In this document: piece after piece, positions 29,601 through 42,800 of the stretch
How positions within the stretch are numbered: the first letter of the stretch is position 1
Layout of the letters: each line of letters starts with the position of its first letter
NCBI RefSeq assembly: GCF_009914755.1
Contig: NC_060926.1
DNA: 64,000 bases
Source: the human T2T-CHM13v2.0 reference genome, Homo sapiens
Reading direction: 5' to 3' (one strand)
The notes under the pieces: model-generated
The model's database searches: none
Told to the model about the DNA's origin: nothing
The model's input: only the letters and a program-made list of their open reading frames with translations
Program-made: the position numbers and the translations under genes

Positions 29601-32600
29601 TACCAATGAATGGAATCAAATGGAATCATCATCGTATGGAATTGAATGGAATCATCGAATGGATTCAAACGGAATCATCATTTAATGGAATCACATGGAA
29701 TCATCATCGAATGGAATCACACGGAGTCATCATCGATCGGAACTGAGTGGAATGAAATTTGGACTCGAATGGAATCATCAAATGGACTCGAAGGGAAGCG
29801 TTGAATGGACTCAATTGGAATCATCATCGAATGGAATCAAAGGGAATCATCAAATGGTATCGAATGGAATCATCATTGAACGAAATGGAATTTACTCATC
29901 TAATGCACTAGAATGGAATCATCATCAAATAGAATTGAAAGAAATCATAGAATGGACTCGAATGGAATCATCAGAATATGAAATTGCATTGAATCTTCTA
30001 ATGGATTCAAATGGAGTCATCATCGAATGGAATCCAATGGATTCATTGAATGGACTCGAGTGCAATAATCATCGAAAGGAATGGAAAGGAATCATCAAAC
30101 GAAATCAATGGAATCTTTGTCGAATTAAATCAAATGGAATAATCAAATGGCAGTCAATGGAATCATCATCGAATGGAATCACATGGAATCATCTAACAGA
30201 CACAAGTGGAATGATCATCAAATGGAATCGAATGGAAACATTGAATGGACACAAATGGAATCATCACCGAATGGAATCGAATGGAATCATAATCAAATGG
30301 AATTGAATAGAATAATCATTGAATGGAATCGAAAGGAATCATCGAACAGAAAAGAATGGAATCATCATCGAATGGAATCAAATAGAATCATTGAATGAAA
30401 TAAAATGGAATCATCATCGAATGGAATCGAATGGCATCATCATTCAATGGAATCGAATGGAATAATCATCGAATGTAATTGAATGTAATTATCATTGAAA
30501 GGAATTGAATGGATTCATCATCAAATGGAACCAAACAGAGTAATCATCTAATGGAATTGCATGGAATCATTATCGAATGGGATTGAATGGAATCGAATGG
30601 AATCTTCAAATGGACTCAAATGCAATAATCGACTGAGCTTCAATGGAATCATCATGGAATGGAATCAAATGTAATCATCAAATGGACTCGAATGGAATCA
30701 TCAACAAATGGAATCAGATGGAATCATCGAATGGATTTGAATGGAATCATCGAATGGACTTGAATGCAATCCTCATTGAATGGAATTGAATGAAATAATC
30801 GAACAGTCTCAAATGGAATCATCATCGAATGGAATCGAATGGAATCAACATTGAAAGAAATCGAATGGAATCATCGAATTGAATCATCGAATGGACTCGA
30901 ATGGAATCATCTTCAAATGAAATTGCATTGAATCTTCTAATGGAATCGAATGGAGTCATCATCGAAAGGACTCGAATGGAAGAATCATCGAACGGAATGG
31001 AAAGGAATCATCAAAAGAAATCAATGGAATCATCATAGAATGAAATCAAATGGAATAATCAAATGGCACCGAATGGAATAATCATCAAATGGAATCAAAT
31101 GGAATCATCTAACGGATTCAAGTGGAATACGTATCGAATGAAATCGAATGGAAACATTGAATGGAACAAATGGAATCATCACCGAATGGAATCGAATGTA
31201 ATCATCATCAAATGTAATCGAATAGAACCATCATCGAATGGAATCGAATGGAATCATCGAACGGAATAGAATGGAATCATCAGCGAATGGAATCAAATAG
31301 AATCCTCAAATAAAATAAAATGGAATAATCATGGAATGGAATGGAATGGCATCAACATCGAATGGAATTGAATGGAATCATCTTTGAAAGGAATCGAATG
31401 GATTCATCATCAAATGGAACTGAATAGAGTCATCATCGAATGCAATTGACAGGAATCGTAATCGAATGAAATCGAATGGAATCTTCGAATTGACTCGAAT
31501 GCAATCATTGACTGGGCTTCAATGGAATCATCATGGAATGGAATTGAATGTAATCATCGAATGGACTCGAATGAAATCATCATCAGATGGAATCAGATGA
31601 CTTGAAATGGACTTGAATGGAATCATCTAATGGACACGAATGGAATCATCATCAAATGGAATCTAATGGAATCATTGAATGGAATCGAATGGAATCATCT
31701 AATGGACATGAATGGAATCATCATTGAGTGGAATTGAATGGTATCATCGAATAGTCTTGAATGGAATCATCATCAAATGGAATCGAGTAAAATCGGCATG
31801 AATACAATCGAATGGAGTCATCATTGAATGGAATAGAACAGAATCTTCATCAAATAGAATCGAATGGGATCATCGAATGAAATAGAATGGAATCATCATC
31901 AAAAGGAATGAAGGTAAAATGAGGAATGGAATACAACAGACTCATTGAATGGAATTGAATGGAATCATCATTGAAAGGACACGAGTGGAGTTATCATCAA
32001 ATGGAATTGAATGGAATCATTTAATGGACTCGAATGGAATCAACTTCGAGTGGAAACAAAAGGAAACATCTAATGGACATGAATGGAATCATCACCTAAT
32101 GGAATCGAATGGAATCATCAGCAAATGGAATCGAAAGGAATCATCATGGAATAGAATTGAATGGAAACATCGAATGGAATGGAATGGAGTCATCATGGAA
32201 AGGAATAGGAGGGAATCATCAAATAGAATCAAACTGAATCATTGAATGGAATTGAATGGAATCATCATCAAATGGACTTGAATGCAATTATCATCAAAAG
32301 GAATCGAATGGAATCATCGAATGGACTCGAATGGAATAATCGAATGGAATTCAATGGAATCATCAAATGGAATTGAATGGAATCATCGAATGGACTCGAA
32401 TGGAATCATCATCAAATGAAATCGGATGGAATCAATGAATGGATTCAAATGGAATCATCAAATGGACACGAATGGAATCATCATTGAATGGAATCGAATG
32501 GAAAATCGAATGGACACAAATGGAATCATCACTGAATGGAATCACATGGAATCATATGGAATCATATGGAATCATTGCATGGAAGAGAATGGAATCATCA

Positions 32601-35600
32601 TCGAAAGGAATCAAATAGAATCATTGAATGAAATCAAACGGAGTCATCATCAAATGGAATCGAATGGAATCATCATTGAATGTAATTGAATGGAATCATC
32701 ATTTAAATGAATCGAATGGATTCATCATCAAATGGAACCGAACAGAGTCATCATCGAATGGAAATGAATGGAATCATAATCGAATGGAATCGAATGGAAT
32801 CATCAAATGGACACGAATGCAATCATCGAATGTGCTTCAATGGAATCATCATGGAATGGAATCGAGTGGAATCATCGAACGGGCTCGAATGGAATCATCA
32901 TCGAATGGAAACAGATGGAATCATAGAATGGACTTGAATGGAATCTTCGAATGGACTCGAATGGAATCACCATTGAATAGAATTGAATGGAATCATCGAA
33001 CGGTCTCGAATGGAATCATAATCGAATGGAATCGAATGGAATCATCAAATGGAATCGAATGGAATCATCATCCAAATGAATCGAATAGAGTCGGCATCGA
33101 ATAGAATCGAATGGAATCATCATCGAATGGAATTGAATGGAATTTTCATCAAATGGAATTGAATGGAATCATCATTGAATGGAATCGAATGGAATCAGCA
33201 TGGAATGGAATCCAATGAAATCATCATTGAATGGAATTGAATGTAATCATAATCGAATGGAATCTAATGGAATCATCAATGAATGGAATTGAATGGTGTT
33301 ATCGAATGGAATCAGTTGGAAACATCATCAAATGGAACCGAATGCAGACATCATCGAATGGAATCGTATGGAATTATCGAATGGACTGGAATGGAATCAT
33401 CATTGAATGGTATCGAATGGAGTCTTCGAATAGACTCAAAAGCAATCATCGAATGGACTCGAATGGAATCATTATTGAATAGAATCAAATAGAATCATCG
33501 AATGGACTCCAATGGAATTATCATAGAATGGAATCGAATGGAATCATTGAATGGACTCTAATGGAATCATCATCTAATGGAATTGAATGGAATCATCGAA
33601 TGGAATGGAATGTAATCATCATTGAATGGAATCAAATGGAAACATCATCAAACGGAATTGAAAGAATCAACATCAAATGGAGTCGAAAGGAATAATCTTC
33701 GAATGGAAATGAAAGGAGTCATCATCCAATGGAATCGTATGGAATCATCATCGAATGGAATCGAATGGAATCATCACCAAATGGATTCTAATGGAATCAT
33801 CTAATGGAATTGAATGGAATCATCCTCGAATGAAGTGAATGGAATCATCGAATGGTCTCGAAAGGAATCATCATCGAATGAAATCGAATGGAATCATCAA
33901 TGAATGGAAACGAATGGAATTCTCATCCAATGCAATCGAATGGAATCATCATCAAATAGAATCGAATGGGATCATCAAATGAAATCAAACGGAATCATCA
34001 CCAAAATGAATCAAAAAAATCAAAGAATGGAATCCAACGTTATCATCGAATGGAATCGACTGGAATCATCATTGAATGGACTCGAAAGGAGTCATCATCG
34101 AATGGAAACGAATGGAATCATTTAATGGACTCGAATGTAATCAATGAATGGACTGGAATGGAATCATCGAATGGAATCGAATGGAATCATCACCGAATGA
34201 AATCAAATGGAATCATCGAATGGACTCGAATGGAATGATCATCAAATGGAGTCGAAAGAAATCATGGAATGCACACGAATGGAATCATCGAATGGACTCA
34301 AATGGAATCAATATCGAGTGGAATCGAAAGAAAACATCGAATGGACTTGAATGGAATCATCGAATGGACTCAAATGGAATCATCAAATGGAATTGAAAGT
34401 AATATTAGAATGGACTTAAATGGAATCATTGAATGTACTCGAATGGAATCATCATTGAATGGAATCGAATGGAATCATCGAATGAACCCGAATGGAATCA
34501 CCATCGAATGGAATCGAATGGAATCATCGAATGGAATCCAATGGAATCTTCATTGAATGGAATTGAATGGAATCATCATCGAATGGAATCGAATGGAATC
34601 ATCATAGAATGGAATCGAATGGAATCATCATCGAACGGAATATAATGGAATCATCATCAAATGGAAAAGAATTGAATCATCAACGAATGGAATCAAATGG
34701 AGAAATCGAATGAAATCCGTTGGAATCATCATCAGATGTAAGCGAATGCAGTCATCATCGAATGGAATTGAATGGAATCATCAAATGGTTTAGAAGGGAA
34801 TCATCATCAAATGTAATTGAGTGGAATCACCGAATGGGCTCGAATGGAATCATCATCAAATGGAATGAAATGGAATCAAATGGAATCATTGAATGGACAC
34901 GAATGGAATCATTCTTGAATGGAATCAAATGGAATCATCATCGAATGGAATCGAATGGAATCATCAAATGGACTCAAAAGAAATCATCAAATGGAATTGA
35001 GTGGAATCATCATCGAATGGAATCATCTAATGGACTCGAATGGAAACATCATTGAATTGAATCAAATGGAATCATCATTGAATACAATCGAATGGAATCA
35101 CCGAATTGAATCAAATGGAATGATCATCGAATGGAATCAAAGGGAATCATCGAATGGGATCGAACGGAATCAACATCGAATGGAATCGAATGGAATCATA
35201 GAACGGTATCGAATGGAATCATCATCAAATGGAATCAAATGGAATCATTATCGAATGGAATCGAAAGCAGTTACTGATTGGACTCATATAGAATCATTGA
35301 ATGGACTTGAATTGAAGCATCATCAAATGGAGTAAATGGAATCATTGAATGGACACAAATGGAATCATCATCAAATTGAATTGAATGGAATCATCTAATG
35401 GACTCGAATGGAATCATCATCAAATGAAATCAAATGGAATCATCATCGAATGGAATCAAATGGAATCATCAAACGGACACGAATGGAATCATCACTGAAT
35501 GGAATGAAATGGAATCATAATCGAATGGAATTGAAAGGATTCATATAATGGACCCGAATGGAATCACAATTCTATTGAATAGAATGGAATCATCACAGAA

Positions 35601-38600
35601 TGGAATCGAATGGAATCATCGAATGGACTCAAATGGAATAATTGAATGGACTGGAATGGAATCGTCAAATGGAATCGAAAGGAATCATTGAATGGACTCG
35701 AAAGGAATCATCATCAAATTGAATCGGATGGAATCAATGAAGGGACTCTAATGGAATCAGCGAATGGACTCGAATTGAATCATCATTGAATGGAATCTTA
35801 AGGAATCATCGAATGGCCTCTAATGGAATCATCATCCAAGTGAATCTAATGAAATCATCATCGGATGGAATCATCGAATGGAATTGAATGGAATCATCAT
35901 TGAATGGAATCGGATGGAATCATTGAATGGAAAAGAATGGAATAATCATTGAATAGAATCCAATGGAATCATCAAAAGAAATCGAATGGAATCATCATCG
36001 AATGGATTCGAATGATATCATCATCGAATGGAATCAAATGGAATCATCTAACGGACACGAATGGATTCATCACTGAATGGAATAAAATGGAATCATAATA
36101 AAATGGAATTGAAAGGATTCATCTAATGAATCCGAATGGAATCACCATTGTATTCAATAGAATGGAATCATCATCGAATGGAATCGAATGGAATCATATA
36201 ATGGACACGAATAGCATCATCATTGAATGGAATCTAATGGAATCATCTAATCTACTCGAATGGAATCATCTTCTAACGGAATAGAATGGAATCATCGAAT
36301 GGAATCGAATGGAGTCATCATCCTATGGAATTGAGTGGAATTATCGAATGAACTCGAAAGTAATCATCGGTGAATGGAATCAAAAGGAATCATCTAATGG
36401 ACTCGAATGGAATCAACATAGAACGGAATATAATGGAATCATCATTGAATGGAATCAAATGGAATCATCTAACGGACCCGAATGGAATTATCACTGAATG
36501 GAAAAAAATGGAATCAACATCGAATGGAATCAAATGGAATCATCTAATGGACACGAATGGAATCATCACTGGATTGAGTAGAATGGAATCATCATCAAAG
36601 GGAATCGAATGGAATCATCTAAAGGACACGAATAGCTTCATCATTGAATGGAATTGAATGGAATCATCTCATGTACTCGAATGGAATCATCATCTAATGG
36701 AATAGAATTGAATCACTGAATGGAATCAAATGGAGTCATCATCATATGGAATCGAGTGGAATCATCGAATGGACTCGAATGGAATCATCATTGAGTGTAA
36801 TCGAATGGAATCATCAAATGGACTCAAATAGAATCATCAAATGGCTCGAAAGGAATCAGCATCGAATGGAATCACATGGAATCACCGAATGGCCTCGAAT
36901 GGAATCGTCATCGAATGGTATCGAATGTAATCATCCAATGGACTCGAATGCAATCATCATCTAATGGAATCAAATGGAATCACCGAATGGACTCGAATGG
37001 AATCATCATCAAATGGAATTAAAGGGAATCATTGAATGCACACAAATGGAATCATCATTGAGTGGAATCGAATGGAATCATCATCGAATAAAATCAAATG
37101 GAATCATTGAATGTACTCGAATGGAATGATCATCGAATGGAATCATATGGAATCATCTAACTGACTTGAATGGAATCATCATCGAATGGAATCGAATGGA
37201 TTCATCTAATGGACTTGAATGGAATCATCATTGAATGATATCAAATGGAATCATCAAAACGACTCGAATGGAGTCATCATCAATTGGAATTGAATGGAAT
37301 CATCAAATGGACTCGAATGGAATCAGTGTCAAATGAAATAGAATGGAATCATCGAATGGACTCTAATGGAATCATCATTGAATGGAATCAAATGGAATCA
37401 TCGATTGGACACAAATGGAATCATTGAATGGACTCTAAGGGAATCATCTTTGAATGGAATCAAATTAAATCATCATCCGATGGAATCGAATGGAATCATC
37501 ACTGAATGGAATCGAATGGATTCATTGAATAGAATGAGATGGAATCATCATCGAATGGAATCAAATAGAAGCATCGTATGAAATCCAAAGTAATCATCAA
37601 TGAACGGACTCAAATGGAATCTTCAATGAATGGACTCGAATGGAATCATCGTGGAATGCAATCTAATGGAATCATCATCGAATGGAATCGAATGGAAACA
37701 TCATTGAATTGAATCAAATGGAATCATGATGGAATTGAATTGAATGGCTCATCATCGAATGGAATCAAATGGAATCATCGAATGGAAACAAATGGAACCA
37801 TCATCTAATGGCATCGCATGGAATCATCAAATGGAATCGAATGGAATCATCATCAAAGGGAATCAAATGAAAATGAAACCATCAAATTAAATCGAATGGA
37901 ATCACCATCGAATGGAGTCCAATGGAATCATCATCGAATAGAATCAATTGGAAGCATCAATTAAGAGAATCGAATGGAATCATCATCAAATGGTATCAAA
38001 TGGAATCATCAACGAGTGGAATAGAATGGATTCATCAAATGGAATCCCATGGAATCATCATCAAATAGAACAGAATGGAATCATCGAACGGATTCGAATG
38101 GAATCATCATTGAATGGACTCGAATGGAATCATTATAGAATTGAATCGAATGGTGTCATTGAATGGACTCAAGTGGAATCATCGAATGGACTCGAATGGA
38201 AACATCATCGAATGGAGTCAAATGGAATCATCGAATGGCATCGAATAGCATCATCAATGAATGGCACCTAAGGGAAGAATCAAATGGACTCGAATGGAAT
38301 CATGGAAAGGACTCGAGTGGAATCATCATCGCATGGAATCTTTGAATGGACTCCAATGGAATTATCATCGATTGGAATCAAATGGAATCATAGAATGAAA
38401 TCGAATTGAATCATCAAATGGACTCGAATGGAATCATTGTCAAATGGAATCTAATGGAATCATCAAATGGACTTGAATGGAATCCTCATCGAATGGGATC
38501 GAATGAAATCATTGAATGGCATCTAATGAAATCATCATCGAATGGAATGGAAAGAAATCATCTAATGGATTCAAATGGAATCATCATCGAATGGTATCGA

Positions 38601-39804
38601 ATGGAATCTATGAAAGGACTCGATTGAAATTTTCATCAAATGCAATCGAATGGAGTCATCATCGAATGGAATCGAATGGAACAATCATCGAATGGAATCG
38701 AATGGAATCATCCAATGGAATATAATTGTATCATCATTGAATGGAATCAAATAGAATCATCGAATGAAATCGAATGAAATCATCATTGAGTGGAATTGAA
38801 TGGAATAATCCTAGTTTGGAATCGAATGGAATCATCATCTAATGGAATAAAAAGGAATCATCTAATGGAACATAATTGAATCATCGTCGAATGGAATCGA
38901 ATAGAATCATCAAATGAAATCGAGTGGAATAATAATCGAATGGAATCAAATGGAATCATCATCGAATGGAATCGAATGGAATCATTATCTAATGGAATCG
39001 AATGGAATCATCCAATGTAATAGAATTGAGTCACCATTGTATAGAATCATCAAATGAAATCAAATGGAATCATTATCGAATGGATTAGAACGGAATCATC
39101 ATGGAATGGAATAGAATGGAATCATCGAATCGAATGGAATGGAATCATCATCGAATGAAATCAAATGGAATCATCGAATGGACTCGAATGGAATCATCAT
39201 CAAATTGAATTGAAAGGAATCATCAAATGGACTTGAATGGAATCATTGAATGGACTCGAATGGGATCATCATCAAATGAAATCGAATGGAATCATTGAAT
39301 GGACACGAATGGAATCATCATTGAATGGAATCAAATGGAATAGTCATCAAATGGAATCGAAAGGAATCATCATCGAATGGAATCTAATGGAATCATCATC
39401 TAATGGAATCGAATGGAATCATCAATGAATGGAATCAAATGGAGAAATCGAATGGAATCTGCTGGAATCATCCTTGAATGGAAACGAAGGCAGTCATCAT
39501 CGAATGGAATCGAATGGAATCATCATCAAATGGACTCAAATGCAATTATCATCGAATGGAATTGAATGGAATCATCGAATGGACTCGAATGGAATAATTG
39601 AATGGACTCGAATGGAATAATTGAATGGACTCAAATGGAATCATGAAATGGAATGAAATGGAATGATCGAATGAACTCGAATGGAATCAACATCTAATGG
39701 AATCAGATGGAATCATCGAATGGACTAGAATGGAATCATCAAATGGACTCGAATGGAATTATCAAATGGACCCTAATGGAATCATCATCGAATGGAATCT
39801 AATG
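17616..39804 (+). repeat. Diverged older HSat2 layer, GAATG strand on top
   Basis: Same monomer grammar but no near-identical kb-scale copies. Only patchy, visibly diverged paralogous blocks are seen, and stop codons shorten the ORF track here. Confidence 0.85.
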
Positions 39805-39815
39805 ATTCCCTTCTA
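39795..39815. other. Satellite strand-switch (inversion) junction
   Basis: ...ATCGAATGGAATCTA[ATG]ATTCCCTTCTAATCCATTTG...: GAATG-type to the left and CATTC-type to the right. The ORF track also flips from + to - here. Confidence 0.96.
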
Positions 39816-42800
39816 ATCCATTTGATGATTCCATTCGATTCCATTCGATGATGACTGCATTCGGTTCCATATGATGATGATTCCAACGGATTTCGTTCGA
39901 TTTCTCCATTTCATTCCATTCGTTGATGATTCCATTCTTTTCCATTTGATGATGATTCCATTACATTCCATTCGATGATGATTCCATTCGATTCCATTCG
40001 ATGTTGATTCCATTCGGGTCCATTCGAAGATTCCATTTGATTCCATTCGATGATGATTCCATTCGATTCCATTCGATGATGATTCCACTCAAGTCCATTT
40101 GATGATTGCTTTGGAGTCCATTTGATGATTCCATTAGATTCCATTTGATGATGATTCCATTCGTTTCCATTCAACAATGATTCCATTCGTGTCCATTCAA
40201 TGATTCCATTTGATTCCATTTCATTCCATTGGATGATGATTCCATTCGAGCCCATTCGGTGATTCCACTCAATTACATTCAATGATGATTCCCTTCTAAT
40301 CCATTTGATGATTCCATTCGATTCCATTTGATGATGACTGCATTCGGTTCCATCTGATGATGATTCCAATGGATTTCATTCGATTTCTCCATTTGATTCC
40401 ATTCGTTGACGATTCCATTGTTTTCCATTTGATGATGATTCCATTATATTCCATACGATGATGATTCCATTCGCTTCCATTCGATGATGATACCATTCCA
40501 TTCCCTTCATTGATGATTCCAATGGATTCCATTCGATGATGATGTAATTTGACTCCATTTGATGAAGATTCCATTTGAATTCACTTGATGATTACATTCG
40601 ATTCCATTTGATTATGATTCCATCTGGTTTAATTTGATGATTCCATTTGATGCCATTCAGTGATGATTCCATTCGATTCCATTTGAGCATGATTTCATTT
40701 GATTCCGTTGGATGAGGATTCCATTCGACTGTATTCGATGATTCCATTCGAGTCCATTTGATGATTCCATTCGAGTTCATTTGACGATTCCATTGAACTT
40801 CATTTGATGATGATTCCATTCATTGATTCCATTCGATTCCATTCAATGATGATTTCATTCGATTTCGTTCGATGCTGATTCCTTTCAATTCCATTCGAGG
40901 ATTCCATGTGATTTCATTTGAATATTCCATTCAAATACATTCGACGATGATTCCATTTGATTCCATTCGATGATTCAATTTGATTCTATTCAATGATGAT
41001 TCCATTCTATTCCATTCTATGACGACTGCGTTCTATTTCATTCGAGGATTCCATTTGATTCCATTCCATGATGATTCCGATCGATTCCATTCAATGATTC
41101 CATTCGATGCCATTTGATGAATCCATTTAATTCCATTCAATAATGATTCCATTCGAGTCCATTCGAGGAATCCCTTCCAGTCCATTCGATCATTCCTTTT
41201 AAGTTCATTCGAAGATGTTTCCTTTCGTGTCCATTGGAGGATTCCATTCGAATCCATTCGATGATTCCTTTCAATTCCATTAGATAATGATTCCATTCGA
41301 GACCATTCGATGATACCATTTAATTAATTCGATGAAGATTCCATTCAATTCCATTCGATGATTCCATTCGATTCCATTTGATGATGAGTCCATTCGATTC
41401 CATTCGTTGATGATTCCATGCCATTCCACTTAATGATAACTCCTTTCGTTTCCATTTGATGATGATTCCATTCAGTTCCATTCGATGATGATTCCTTTGG
41501 ATTCCATTTGATGATGATTCCATTCGACTTCATTTGATGTTGATTCTTTTTGATTCCATTCGATGATGATTCAAATTGATTCCATTCGATGATGATTCCA
41601 TTCGAGTCCAATCAATGATTCCATTCGATTCCATTTGATGATGATTCCATTCGATTCGATTCGATGATTCCGTTCGATTCCTTTCTATGATTATTCCATT
41701 CAAGACCATTCGGTGATTTATTTTGATGCCAATTGAAGATTATTCCACATGATTCCATTCGATGATATCATTCATTGATGATTCCATTCGAGTGCATTCG
41801 ATGATACTATTCGATTCCATTCGATGATTCCATTCAATTCCATTCTATAAGAATTTCATTCAAGTCCATTTGATGATTCCATTGGACTCCATTTGATGAT
41901 TCAATTGGACTCCATTTGATGATGATTCCATTCAATGATTACATTCGATTCTATTTGATGATGATTCCATTTGTCTCCATTTAATGTTTCCATTTGATTG
42001 CGTTCGATGATGCTTCCATTTGGCTCCAGTTGATGATTCCATTCGACTGTGTTCGATGATGCTTCCATTTGATTCCATTCAATGGTGATACCATTCGGGT
42101 CCATTGGATGATTTCATTCGATTGCATTCAATGATGATTCCATTCGAGTAATTTCAACGATTCCATTCAAATCCATTGAATGATATCTTTCGATTCCATT
42201 CGATGATTATTCCATTCCAGTCCATTCAATGATTCCATTCGATTCCACTCGATGATAATTCCATTCAAGTCCATTCGATGATTTGTTCTGATTCCATTCG
42301 ATGATGATTCCATCGAGTCCATTCGATTATTCCATTTGATTCCATTCAATGTTGTCTGCATTCGGTTCCATTCTATGATGATTCCTATGGATTCCATTCC
42401 ATGACTCCATTCGATTCCATTCATTGATGTTTCCAATCCATTCCATTCAATGATGATTCCATTCGATTCCATTTGATGATGATTCCTTTCGCTTCCATTA
42501 AATGATGATTAAATTCAATTCCATTCGATGATTCCATTTGATTCCGTTCGATGATGATTCCAATCGAGTCCATTCAATGATTCCATTAGATTCCATTTGA
42601 TGATGTTTCCATTCGAGTCCATTTGATGTTTCCTTTCGTTTCCAGCTGACATTGATTCCATTTGAGTCCATTAGAATATTCCATTCGAGTGTGTTCCATG
42701 ATTTCATATGATTCCATTCGATGATGATGCCATTCGAGTACATTCAATGATTCCATTCAAGTCCATTATATGATTCCATTCGATTCCATTTGATGATGAC

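Noticed and set aside
29695-30306. Longest ORF, 203 aa
   Set aside because: Same low-complexity satellite peptide with no recognisable domain; plausibly the upper tail of chance ORF lengths.
39700-39900. Transposon-mediated inversion or perfect palindrome artefact
   Set aside because: No non-satellite bases, poly(A) or target-site duplication, and the flanks are not exact reverse complements. Misassembly cannot be excluded entirely without reads.
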